Positions 47,964 to 57,337 of a stretch of 64,000 nucleotides of DNA are shown in pieces. The DNA is from Smithellaceae bacterium (lineage in GTDB: Bacteria > Desulfobacterota > Syntrophia > Syntrophales > Smithellaceae): the NCBI GenBank assembly GCA_963667845.2, contig CAXXVL010000001.1:832001-896000 (forward strand), written 5' to 3'. The notes beneath the pieces are model-generated. The model was not told where the DNA came from. It saw only the letters and a program-made list of their open reading frames with translations, and ran no database searches. Each line of letters begins with the position of its first letter. Position 1 is the first letter of the stretch. Made by a program: the position numbers and the translations under genes.

Positions 47964-49529
47964 ATGTTAAACGGCGGTTTGTTTGTCCTGTTTATAGTAG
48001 TAGCGGTGTTGGCGGGTGCGGTTGTCGGTTACGTTCTGAAACAAATATTCACCGCAAAGAAAATCAAAGCATCGGAGAGTCTGGCGGCGCGTATCGTCGG
48101 AGAGTCCAAAAAAGAAGCCGAGACGATCAAAAAAGAAGCTATTTTGCAGGCGAAGGAAAATCTGCTGAAGATGAAAGCGGATTTTGATCGAGAGACCAAG
48201 GAAGTTAAGAATGATCTGGAAGGGTTGGAGCGTCGTATTCGTTCCAAGGAAGAAAGTCTGGATAAGCGCATCGACACATTGGGGCAAAAAGAATCCAATA
48301 TCGAAGGGCGCGACAAATCTTTAACACAGAAAGAACATGCCCTGGAAGAAAAACACAAGAGGCTGGATGCCCTGGTGGAAGAGCAAAAAGAGCAATTAGA
48401 GAAAATTGCCGGCATCACCCCTGAGGAGGCAAAAAACATTCTTATTCAATCGATGGAGTCGGAAGCCAAGCGTGACGCGGCGGGGATTGTTCGCAAAATT
48501 GAAGAGGAAGCCAAACTCACGGGTGATCGGAAAGCACGGGAAATTATCGCTTACTCCATTCAGAGATACGCGGGAGACTATGTCGCGGAGCATACGGTGT
48601 CCGTCGTCAATCTTCCCAGTGAAGAAATGAAGGGCCGCATTATCGGGCGCGAAGGCCGCAATATCCGCGCGATTGAGGCGGCGACCGGCATTGATTTGAT
48701 TGTCGACGATACGCCGGAAGCAGTCGTCCTGTCCAGTTTTGATCCGGTGAGGAGGGAAGTCGCCCGCATATCGCTCGAACGGCTTATTCAGGATGGGCGG
48801 ATTCATCCCGGCCGGATTGAGGAAATCGTGAAAAAAGTGGAAAAAGAAGTTGAGCAAATCATCCGGGAGACCGGGGAAAAAGCTTCCTTCGACTGCGGCG
48901 TTCACGACATCCATCCGGAGATCATCAACATGCTGGGCGCGCTCAAATATCGCACCAGCTATTCGCAGAATGTCCTGCAGCACTCCATTGACGTTGCCTA
49001 TCTGACGGGCTTGATGGCCGCCGAACTGAAAATGAACATTAAAGAGGCCAAGCGCGCAGGGCTCTTGCACGACATCGGCAAGGCCGTCGATCATAAAATA
49101 GAAGGGACGCACGCGGCCATCGGCGGCGACTTTGCCAAAAAATTCGGTGAGAATCCGCGCATCGTTCAGGCGATTGCCACGCATCATGACGACGGACGCA
49201 ATAATACGCTGCTGGGCGTATTGGTGCAGGCAGCGGATACGTTGTCGGCAGCCCGACCCGGCGCGCGCCGCGAGATGCTGGAAACATATGTCCAGCGCCT
49301 GGAAGAGCTCGAAAAGATCGCTCACTCTTTTAACGGCGTGGATAAGTGCTTTGCCATTCAGGCCGGCCGCGAAATCCGCATCATGGTAGAGAGCGAAAAG
49401 ATTTCCGATAATGATACCGTCATGCTGTGCAACGACATTATCAAGAAAATTGAAAACGAACTGTCGTATCCCGGACAGATCAAGGTAACGGTCATCCGGG
49501 AGACGCGCGTGTCTAATTTTGCGAAATAG
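47964..49529 (+). CDS. rny: Ribonuclease Y
   Basis: N-terminal TM, coiled coil, KH ([13 protein letters not shown]), HD (LLHDIGKA), [19 protein letters not shown]. Confidence 0.98.
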   Translation: MLNGGLFVLFIVVAVLAGAVVGYVLKQIFTAKKIKASESLAARIVGESKKEAETIKKEAILQAKENLLKMKADFDRETKEVKNDLEGLERRIRSKEESLDKRIDTLGQKESNIEGRDKSLTQKEHALEEKHKRLDALVEEQKEQLEKIAGITPEEAKNILIQSMESEAKRDAAGIVRKIEEEAKLTGDRKAREIIAYSIQRYAGDYVAEHTVSVVNLPSEEMKGRIIGREGRNIRAIEAATGIDLIVDDTPEAVVLSSFDPVRREVARISLERLIQDGRIHPGRIEEIVKKVEKEVEQIIRETGEKASFDCGVHDIHPEIINMLGALKYRTSYSQNVLQHSIDVAYLTGLMAAELKMNIKEAKRAGLLHDIGKAVDHKIEGTHAAIGGDFAKKFGENPRIVQAIATHHDDGRNNTLLGVLVQAADTLSAARPGARREMLETYVQRLEELEKIAHSFNGVDKCFAIQAGREIRIMVESEKISDNDTVMLCNDIIKKIENELSYPGQIKVTVIRETRVSNFAK

Positions 49530-49553
49530 AATGGGCAAAGATTTGAGTTAGAA

Positions 49554-50339
49554 ATGAAAATTCTTTTTATCGGCGATATTGTGGGTAAGCCGGGGCGCAG
49601 GGCGGTGAAAGAGTTGCTGCCGTCACTGGTCGGCAACCAAGGGATAGACCTGGTCATTGCCAACTGCGAGAATGCTGCCTCCGGTTTTGGTGTTACCCGG
49701 GACATCGTCGAAGAGCTTTATGAAGCACACATCGACATCCTGACGTCCGGTAACCATATCTGGGATAAAAAAGAAGTCCTGGAGTTTATTGATGACTATG
49801 AAACGCTCCTGCGTCCTGCCAACTACCCGGCCATCGTGCCGGGAAAAGGGTCGGTATTGATGCCGACTCCCGCCGGAGACTATGTCGGCGTCCTGAACCT
49901 GGCCGGCCGTATTTTTATGCAACCGATTGACTGCCCGTTTGTTGCGGCCAAAAAAGAAATAGCGCGGCTTAAAGCCAGAACCAATGTCATCATTGTCGAT
50001 ATCCATGCCGAGGCGACGTCGGAGAAAAAAGCCCTGGGCTGGTATCTCGACGGCGAGGTGTCCGCGGTGCTGGGCACGCATACCCATGTGCAGACGGCGG
50101 ATGACGAAGTCCTGCCGGGCGGCACAGCTTATATCAGCGATGCCGGGATGACCGGACCATTCGATTCCGTCATCGGCATCAAAAAAGATACGATCATTGA
50201 AAAATTCTTAAATCAATTACCTAATCGATTTGATGTGGCCAAAGGCGACATCCGCCTGCAGGGAGTCCTCCTGGATATTGATGCGCAAAGCGGTAGAGCC
50301 AACGCCATCGAGAGGATCAGCGTCAAGCTCAACGACTGA
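49554..50339 (+). CDS. ymdB: TIGR00282/YmdB family metallophosphoesterase
   Basis: GDIVGKPGR, N.EN, TSGNH.WD, DIHAEATSEK, GTHTHVQTAD, D.GMTG. Confidence 0.93.
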   Translation: MKILFIGDIVGKPGRRAVKELLPSLVGNQGIDLVIANCENAASGFGVTRDIVEELYEAHIDILTSGNHIWDKKEVLEFIDDYETLLRPANYPAIVPGKGSVLMPTPAGDYVGVLNLAGRIFMQPIDCPFVAAKKEIARLKARTNVIIVDIHAEATSEKKALGWYLDGEVSAVLGTHTHVQTADDEVLPGGTAYISDAGMTGPFDSVIGIKKDTIIEKFLNQLPNRFDVAKGDIRLQGVLLDIDAQSGRANAIERISVKLND

Positions 50340-50352
50340 ACGGAGGGACCAG

Positions 50353-51639
50353 ATGAAAAGCGCTTATGAAATTTTAAAGGAAAGAGGTTTTGTCGAACAG
50401 ATTACCGACGAGGCCTTGATTACCGAGCTTTTCGCCAAGGGTCCCGTAACCTGCTACATCGGCTTTGATCCCACCGCCACGAGCCTCCATATCGGCAGCC
50501 TGGTGCCCATCATGGCGCTGGCGCACATGCAGCAAAACGGCAATCGTCCCATTGCGCTGGTGGGCGGCGGTACGGCGATGATTGGCGACCCCAGCGGCAA
50601 GACGGAAATGCGCCAGATTCTTACCCGCGAGCAAATTGATTACAACGCCTCGTGCCTGGGCAGGCAGCTCTCCCAGTATCTCGATTTTTCCGAAGGCCGT
50701 GCGCTGCTTCTGAATAATGCCGACTGGCTTACTAAAATCAACTATATTGAATTCCTGCGCGACATCGGGCGGCATTTCAGTGTGAATAAGATGCTGGCGG
50801 CCGAAAGTTATAAGATCCGGCTGGAGAAGGGGCTCAATTTCATCGAGTTCAATTATATGCTTCTGCAGGGCTACGATTTTCTGTATCTGTTCCAGCATTA
50901 CGGCTGCGGCCTGCAGATGGGCGGCAATGATCAGTGGGGCAATATGCTGGCCGGCACCGAACTGATCCGCAAAGTCGAAGCCAAAGACGCACAGGCTGTT
51001 ACGTTTCCGCTCATTACCACGTCGCTGGGGCAGAAGATGGGCAAGACGGAAAAAGGAACCATCTGGCTCGATGGAACCCTGACGAAGCCTTATGAATACT
51101 ATCAATACTGGGTCAACTGCGACGACGCCGATCTCGAAAGATTCCTCAAACTCTTTACCTATCTGCCGCTTCACGAAATCGCTGTGGTCAAAACGCTTGC
51201 CGACGCGCGGCTGAATATGGCGAAGACGGTTCTGGCCTACGAGGCGACAAAAGTCACCCACGGGGTTGAAGCGGCCAAAGCCGCCTGGCGCGCCTCAATG
51301 GAGGCTTTCCATTCGCGTCCGGTGGACGCCGATCTGTTTCCCGCAAGCGATATTCCGCGCGAAGCTATGCTGGCCGACACGTCCGCCATTCCGCGCTACG
51401 CGGTCTCACGCGGGGACTTGGCAACGGGCCTTTTGATCGCGTCCGCCTGTGCAAAGTCCGGACTCACGCAGTCAATGTCGGAAGCCAAACGCCTGATTGA
51501 GCAGGGCGGGATCTATATCGGCGAGCGGCAGGTCAAATCCGTGGATGAACAGCTGTCACTCGGCGATTTTGGCGGCGGTAATGAACTCCGCCTCCGCAAG
51601 GGAAAGAAAAAATACCTGATTATCGAATTAGGGGACTAG
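50353..51639 (+). CDS. tyrS: Tyrosine--tRNA ligase
   Basis: Y.GFDPTA.SLHIG, GDPSGK, QMGGNDQWGN, KMGKT, C-terminal S4 domain; ATG 50353 with GGAGG. Confidence 0.98.
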   Translation: MKSAYEILKERGFVEQITDEALITELFAKGPVTCYIGFDPTATSLHIGSLVPIMALAHMQQNGNRPIALVGGGTAMIGDPSGKTEMRQILTREQIDYNASCLGRQLSQYLDFSEGRALLLNNADWLTKINYIEFLRDIGRHFSVNKMLAAESYKIRLEKGLNFIEFNYMLLQGYDFLYLFQHYGCGLQMGGNDQWGNMLAGTELIRKVEAKDAQAVTFPLITTSLGQKMGKTEKGTIWLDGTLTKPYEYYQYWVNCDDADLERFLKLFTYLPLHEIAVVKTLADARLNMAKTVLAYEATKVTHGVEAAKAAWRASMEAFHSRPVDADLFPASDIPREAMLADTSAIPRYAVSRGDLATGLLIASACAKSGLTQSMSEAKRLIEQGGIYIGERQVKSVDEQLSLGDFGGGNELRLRKGKKKYLIIELGD

Positions 51640-51730
51640 GCTATAGTCTATTAGACTGTTAGGTTATTTTGTGGGGCGCTTTTAGCGCCCGTTTTTTTCT
51701 AATAGTCTATAGCCTAATAGTCTACAGTCT
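51637..51730. terminator. Terminator nested in inverted TAGRCTA(T)-type repeats between convergent genes
   Basis: GGGCGCT/AGCGCCC + T7; flanked by TAGGCTATAGTCTATTAG (51637-54) and CTAATAGTCTATAGCCTA (51699-716), 17/18 inverted. Confidence 0.8.
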
Positions 51731-52150
51731 TTATAGGAAAGGCAGTGGCTTGTCCAGCCGGTAGACGAGAGATTGGCAGGTGGCCAGAAGGGTTCCGGAG
51801 TCATCCGTGGCGCGAATATCGTAAGCGGCGGTTCTCCTGGTTTTGTTGATTTCTCTGGCCTCCGCAGTCAGCCGTGATCCTTTTGCCGGCGATGCCAGGT
51901 ACGTAATGTTCATGTTGAGGGCCACGGCCATCGTGCCGTGGGAATTGGAAGCCACTTCAAAAGCAGCGTCGATCAGCGAGAAAATGGCTCCGCCGTGCGC
52001 CATGCCGAACATATTTTCCATATCTGCGGTAAAGTGCATCTCCACTCTGGCATAGCCTTCCTGTACATCAACCAGTCTCAGCCCGAACTTCTTGCCAAAG
52101 GGTTCTTTATCGAGCTGTTTAAATATAGCCTTCCTTACGTTTTCGTCCAT
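51731..52150 (-). CDS. PaaI family hotdog thioesterase
   Basis: N.FG.AHGGAIFSLID.AF..ASNSHG, I.YL.P. Confidence 0.9.
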   Translation of the reverse strand: MDENVRKAIFKQLDKEPFGKKFGLRLVDVQEGYARVEMHFTADMENMFGMAHGGAIFSLIDAAFEVASNSHGTMAVALNMNITYLASPAKGSRLTAEAREINKTRRTAAYDIRATDDSGTLLATCQSLVYRLDKPLPFL

Positions 52151-52209
52151 GATTGCCCCTCGAAGATAAGATGCAGGAGCATATATATATGATCGATGAT
52201 GTTCATGTC

Positions 52210-52240
52210 AAAAGAAAAGGGCCTCCTTGGGGGAGGCCCT
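52210..52240 (-). terminator. Rho-independent terminator after the ABC substrate-binding gene
   Basis: AGGGCCTCC/GGAGGCCCT stem with T-rich tail on the minus strand. Confidence 0.75.
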
Positions 52241-52300
52241 GATTGATGCTGATTCGCGGTCATTTGAATCTGTTAATGCGTTGACCGTCAGACTGGCACT

Positions 52301-53764
52301 TTATTCGCCCCAGTCGTTCTTACCCTTGCAGCGGTCCAACTTCTGATCCATCCAGGGAAGGATCTTTGCTGCAGGAACCCTGAAGACCGGTCCTGTATAA
52401 GAGGCGCCCTTGAACCAGTAGAAGGGGGGAATATTCATGGAAACCTTCTGCTGCTCGGGCGGCACATATTCGGTGACGCCCAGATCCATGATGGCCTTAT
52501 GGTCGCAGGCCCTCATTCTGACGACCTTGCCGTTGATATATTCGAAACTGTCATTTTCCCAGACTTTAATGATTTTTTCCGGATCGAGGCTCTTTGCTCT
52601 TTCCAAAACGCTCATGGCCCAGTAGGTGGTCATGACCCAGCCGGCGGCATTGGCTGTGAAATGCTGAAACGCAATGCTGCTGTAGGGAGGAGTCTTCCAC
52701 TTTTTCTGCTGTTCTTTCCATGCCGTATAGAACTTGATTTGATCTTTCGTTTTGAAGAAGGGGGTTGAATCATAATAGGCACTGATGTTGACAAGGCCCT
52801 TGGTTCCTTCGATGCCCGTCTCATGGAGATAGTTGGGTTCATCCACATAAATATTCGCAAAAGGCAGCATGATGCCCATCTGGCGGGCCTGCTTTAACAG
52901 GTTGCCGGCATCGGGCAGCCAGTCACCCGTGAAGATAACCTCGGCGCCGGAAGCTTTGACTTTGCTGAGATAAGGGGCATAGTCCGTCAGGAACAGTTTG
53001 TGAAAATCTTCGCCGACAATCTGTGCGTCGGGATAATACTCTTTGAGGCCTGCCTTGAAATCTTCTGCGAGTTGATGTCCGAAGGCATAATCCTGATTGA
53101 GGATATAGAATTTCTTTTCTTTCTTGCGGATCTGTCCGTAGTAATACGCCATGCCGCGGGAAACCGAAGCGGTGGAGAATGTCGCGTGGAAAGAATAGGG
53201 TGAGAAATTGACGGCGTCCTGAAGATCATCGGACATACAGGTGGCGTTAATGGCGATAATCTTATATTTTCTGGCCGTCTCGTTAATGACTTTCATGAAA
53301 TGGCTGCCGTCTGTACCCCAGAAGAAATTTACCTTCTCCTGCAGAGCCATTCGTTCGGTGACTTTTTTGCACTGATCTATTTTCGACATGTGATCGGCTT
53401 TAATGACTTCGATCAGCTTCTTTTTACCGTCGACCAGAATACCGCCGCGTTTGTTGATGTCGTGGGCGACCCATTGCGCCATAGCGAAGTAGATCTGACC
53501 GTTGTATGCGCTTGGCCCGGAAAAGGCCGCGACGACGGCGATCTTAATCGTGTCACCGGTGGGGGTGACGGGATTGCCCGGATCGAAATCCGACATATCC
53601 GACAATTTTTTAGCATCGAAAACGGCTGCGGCTTTTACCGCTTTACCGGATTTGTCCCCTTTGGCCGAGAAAGCGGTTGATGGATTAAAAGCTACCAGAG
53701 ACCATACGACAAGAACAAGAAATACAACCGAAAAACACTTACACATTTGCTTCATCTTTTTCAT
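52301..53764 (-). CDS. ABC transporter substrate-binding protein (LivJ/branched-chain type), no cognate permease nearby
   Basis: Signal peptide; IKI....FSGP.A, INK.GGI, QDYAFG, TDY.PYL.K.KASGAEVI, KQARQMG. Confidence 0.88.
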   Translation of the reverse strand: MKKMKQMCKCFSVVFLVLVVWSLVAFNPSTAFSAKGDKSGKAVKAAAVFDAKKLSDMSDFDPGNPVTPTGDTIKIAVVAAFSGPSAYNGQIYFAMAQWVAHDINKRGGILVDGKKKLIEVIKADHMSKIDQCKKVTERMALQEKVNFFWGTDGSHFMKVINETARKYKIIAINATCMSDDLQDAVNFSPYSFHATFSTASVSRGMAYYYGQIRKKEKKFYILNQDYAFGHQLAEDFKAGLKEYYPDAQIVGEDFHKLFLTDYAPYLSKVKASGAEVIFTGDWLPDAGNLLKQARQMGIMLPFANIYVDEPNYLHETGIEGTKGLVNISAYYDSTPFFKTKDQIKFYTAWKEQQKKWKTPPYSSIAFQHFTANAAGWVMTTYWAMSVLERAKSLDPEKIIKVWENDSFEYINGKVVRMRACDHKAIMDLGVTEYVPPEQQKVSMNIPPFYWFKGASYTGPVFRVPAAKILPWMDQKLDRCKGKNDWGE

Positions 53765-54050
53765 TCCTCCTTGTTACTGAATTGATGAAGCCGCAAGAAG
53801 CATGCATCTTTTAATTTCCTTGAGCCATTGCGCTAACGGAATAACGATTTTTTGCATTGATTCCTTTTTCGCTATGAGTGGGATACAAGATCCATTTCAT
53901 GATTTCATCTTACGGTTTCACGTTAATTGGTTACTCGGGCAGCACAACATCCGGCATGTAGCTGATTCATCAGGCAGTCAAAAGACGCTGGGTCAAAAGG
54001 TCATGCTGCTTGTTTTTACCTTACCAGTATTTATTTAAAATCAATAAGAC

Positions 54051-54093
54051 TGCAATATAAATTAGAGTAATAAATACAATAATTTATATTGCA
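54051..54093. repeat. Perfect 14-bp AT-rich inverted repeat
   Basis: TGCAATATAAATTA-N15-TAATTTATATTGCA. Confidence 0.8.
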
Positions 54094-54182
54094 TCTTAAG
54101 CGTCTCGATAATTCTTATACATGTTTAACATGTGTCCGCTGAATCGGTAAAATTCCCTTCTTTCTTTCGGGAGATTATCGTA

Positions 54183-55295
54183 TTAAGCGAGAAATTTTTT
54201 CGGAACGTCCCGGAGGATAGCCTCCGCTTCCTTGACGACGTTCTGGACCATGTCATTGACTTTGGGCATGTCATTGATCCTTTGCGCCGCTTCACCGGCT
54301 GCCATGAGCGCCTTTGTCTTGTCGCCGTCGTAAACGGCCTTGATGGATTCGAGCTCATAAGCGATTAAGGACATATCAATCGTGGTAAAGTCATCGGGTG
54401 TTCCCAAGAAGACGCCGGGCGATTTTTTGAGCGTGTTTACTGCATGCTCTTCACTGCGCGCGTTTTTCAACCAGCGGGCCGGTCCCACAAATCCGCGGGC
54501 TACAAGGGTTCCTCTGTCGGTGGCTGCCACAACGGCTTCCTTCCAGATCTGGTGGAAATCACTTTCCTGCGTGGCCAGGAATCTCGTCCCCATCTGAACG
54601 CCGTCGGCACCGAGAACCAATGCGGCCGCCAGGGTCTTCCCGTCGCAGAATCCGCCCGCGCCGCAGACCAGGGTTTTATCATCCGATACAGCTTCGACCA
54701 CGGCGGGCAGCAGGATCATGGAATGAACCGGCTCCCACGACGTATGGAATCCGCCTTCATGGCCAGACGCCACGATGACATCCACGCCTGCCTTCTTGCA
54801 GCGCAGAGCGCCCTTGACGGAAGGAACCACGTGCATCCAGGTCATTCCGGCACCCTTGATCTTGTCATGCCATCCCACCGGGTCGCCCGCGGAAGTGAAG
54901 ATGACTTTGAAGTGCTTCTTCAATTCGGGATTCTCTTCCCGCACCCGGATGGCCGTATCAATAATAATTTTCGCTTCTGCGGCCATTTCCGCCGCCACCA
55001 TGACGTTGATGCCGAAAACACCGCCCTTGTCCTTCGTCAGACGATAGGTGCGCTTCAATACCTTCTCGATGGCGGTTTGCATGTCGTCATCCGGATTGGC
55101 CTCTGCCGTCTTGATCCAGGCATCGTAAACAAAAGGCTGCTGGTCCCGGCTGGTAAGGCCGCTCGTGGAGAGCAAACCAAGGCAACCGGCATTGGCGGCT
55201 GCAACGCCGAGGTTGTTATTGCTGAAAGGGCCCATGCCCGCCTGAATTATAGGATACTTAATCCCGATCAGATTACAGAGTCTTGACTTAATCAT
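54183..55295 (-). CDS. Nitronate monooxygenase / FabK-like FMN oxidoreductase
   Basis: IKYPIIQAGM, GVD.IVASGHEGGFH, AGG..DG..LAAAL.LGADGVQMGTRF.AT.ES. Confidence 0.9.
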   Translation of the reverse strand: MIKSRLCNLIGIKYPIIQAGMGPFSNNNLGVAAANAGCLGLLSTSGLTSRDQQPFVYDAWIKTAEANPDDDMQTAIEKVLKRTYRLTKDKGGVFGINVMVAAEMAAEAKIIIDTAIRVREENPELKKHFKVIFTSAGDPVGWHDKIKGAGMTWMHVVPSVKGALRCKKAGVDVIVASGHEGGFHTSWEPVHSMILLPAVVEAVSDDKTLVCGAGGFCDGKTLAAALVLGADGVQMGTRFLATQESDFHQIWKEAVVAATDRGTLVARGFVGPARWLKNARSEEHAVNTLKKSPGVFLGTPDDFTTIDMSLIAYELESIKAVYDGDKTKALMAAGEAAQRINDMPKVNDMVQNVVKEAEAILRDVPKKFLA

Positions 55296-55358
55296 AAAGC
55301 ATCTCCTTTATTTTATTGAACTATTACTAGTAGCTTTCTGTTTAACTGCCGTTTGAAT

Positions 55359-55376
55359 AAAACAAACGTATGTTTT
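55359..55376. promoter_or_regulatory. Putative TetR-type operator
   Basis: AAAACAAACGTATGTTTT near-palindrome; its first 15 bp recur exactly at 63762-63776. Confidence 0.55.
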
Positions 55377-55499
55377 TTCAAATATCCAAAGGACGCCTGT
55401 TTGTCAAGGATTTTCATCTGTTAAGTTTCTAATATACTTAAATCATAAAGAAAAAATCTAAAACTGCTTGACAGGGCAAGCGGATTCATATAGACGAAA

Positions 55500-55517
55500 A
55501 TAAAACGGCTGTTTTAT
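55500..55517. promoter_or_regulatory. Putative operator, palindromic arms
   Basis: ATAAAAC-GGCT-GTTTTAT, downstream of TTGACA (55468), in front of the SDR operon. Confidence 0.5.
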
Positions 55518-55724
55518 AGCAATTATGTAACACTTTGTTAATATTGATAAAATAATCGTAACGGACCTGACCGTAAGCAAAAAGCTTTGATCGAAAACGA
55601 CCACCTATAGGGGTGCCGGCAGTTTTCATGCGGCATCCCTGCTGAGTCTCGCGATCGACGATAAGATCGACAGATAATAGACAATCCAAACGGGCTTGCA
55701 AAACTAGAGGAAAGGGGAGAATCT

Positions 55725-56495
55725 TTGGAAATTAAGAGATACGACAATAAAGTGGTTCTGGTCACGGGCGGTACGTCCGGGATCGGACGAGCCACGGCTG
55801 TGGCCTTTGGCCGGGAAGGCGCAGAGGTTATCATTGCCGCGCGAAGGGAAAATCTGGGCAGCGAAGTTGTCCGCGAAATCGAAGCCAGTGGTGGAAAAGC
55901 CGTATTCATTCGGACCGATATCCGGGTTCCCGCGGAAATCGACCTTCTTTTTCAGGAAATCGCGGCGCGGTACGGACGCCTGGATGTGGCCTTTAACAAT
56001 GCCGGCCTCAGTTCATTCGGAATGCCGCCTGCCGCCAAGATCACGGAAGACGAATGGGACGACATTCTCAACACCAATCTCCGAGGCACATGGCTTTGCA
56101 TGAAGCAGGAAGTCGCCATGATGCTCAAGCAGGGCGGCGGTGTGATTGTGAACACCGCCTCGGTGCTGGGCGTGACGGGAGAATACGGGCTGGCATCTTA
56201 TTGCGCAAGCAAACACGGCATCATCGGCCTCACCAAAACCGCTGCCCTGGAATATGCTCATAAAAATATCCGCGTCAATGCCGTTTGTCCGGGGCCGATC
56301 CGCACGGAAATGATGGAAGCTCCTATGGCCCATTATCCCAAAATGAAAGATTTACTGCTTGCCAAGACGCCTATGAAACGACTGGCCGAACCGGAAGAGA
56401 TTGCAGGTGCGGTGTTGTGGCTCGCCTCCGGCGAATCTTCGTTTATGACCGGGAAAGAATTGGTGGTTGCGGGCGGTCAGGGCATTTCATCCTAA
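55725..56495 (+). CDS. Short-chain dehydrogenase/reductase
   Basis: TGGTSGIG, NNAG, S...YCASK, IRVNAVCPG; TTG start with GGGGAG. Confidence 0.95.
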   Translation: MEIKRYDNKVVLVTGGTSGIGRATAVAFGREGAEVIIAARRENLGSEVVREIEASGGKAVFIRTDIRVPAEIDLLFQEIAARYGRLDVAFNNAGLSSFGMPPAAKITEDEWDDILNTNLRGTWLCMKQEVAMMLKQGGGVIVNTASVLGVTGEYGLASYCASKHGIIGLTKTAALEYAHKNIRVNAVCPGPIRTEMMEAPMAHYPKMKDLLLAKTPMKRLAEPEEIAGAVLWLASGESSFMTGKELVVAGGQGISS

Positions 56496-56524
56496 TGGCT
56501 CTTGCACGAGAAAGGAGATAGAAT

Positions 56525-57295
56525 TTGAAAACAAATAGATTTCAGGACAAAGTAGTTCTGGTCACCGGGGGCAATTCGGGAATCGGCCGCGCCGCGGCGC
56601 TGGCGTTTGCCCGCGAAGGCGCCGAAGTCGTTATCGCCGCCCGCCGGGAAGAGCAGGGCAACGCTGTCCTCGCGGAAATAAAAAATGATAAAGGACGGGC
56701 CCGGTTTATTCAGACCGATGTCACTAAAAAAGGGGACATCGAAAACCTGTTTAAAGTGATCGGCGATGAATACGGACGGCTGGACTGCGCTTTCAACAAC
56801 GCCGGCGTCAGTTCGCCGACGATGCGGCGGATCGTCAATACCACCATGGACGAGTGGGATTGGATGATGAACACCAATCTGAAGGGTGTCTGGCGATGTA
56901 TGAAATATGAAATTCCGCTGATGCTGAAACAAGGCGGCGGAGCCATCGTCAATAATTCATCCATCGCGGGTATTCATACGGAAGTCGGCCTGTCGATTTA
57001 TGCCGCAAGCAAGCACGGCGTGCTGGGGCTTACCCGGGCCGCCGCTCTCGATTATGCTCACAGGAAAATCCGCATCAATGCCGTCTGCCCGGGATTTATC
57101 CATACGCCCATGCTGGAGGAGCCCTGGCGGCAAAATCCGCAAGTCAAAGATATCACGATGGCGCTGGTTCCGATGAAGCGATTCGGCAAGCCCGAAGAGA
57201 TCGCGGGGGCTGTCGTGTGGATGTGTTCTGAGGAAGCCTCCTTTATGACGGGCAAGGAAATGGTCATCGGCGGTGGACAGGCCATTCATTCGTGA
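56525..57295 (+). CDS. Short-chain dehydrogenase/reductase (tandem paralog)
   Basis: TGGNSGIG, NNAG, YAASK, IRINAVCPG; also 256 aa, with a TTG start. Confidence 0.95.
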   Translation: MKTNRFQDKVVLVTGGNSGIGRAAALAFAREGAEVVIAARREEQGNAVLAEIKNDKGRARFIQTDVTKKGDIENLFKVIGDEYGRLDCAFNNAGVSSPTMRRIVNTTMDEWDWMMNTNLKGVWRCMKYEIPLMLKQGGGAIVNNSSIAGIHTEVGLSIYAASKHGVLGLTRAAALDYAHRKIRINAVCPGFIHTPMLEEPWRQNPQVKDITMALVPMKRFGKPEEIAGAVVWMCSEEASFMTGKEMVIGGGQAIHS

Positions 57296-57337
57296 TTATT
57301 TTTAACTAAAAAAGAGACTGTAAAAATAAAGGAGAAT

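Noticed and set aside
55605..55650. TAGGGGTGCC...GCTGAG resembling a TPP riboswitch start
   Set aside because: Lacks the downstream ACCTGAT...GCG.AGG core, and the downstream genes are not thiamine-related.
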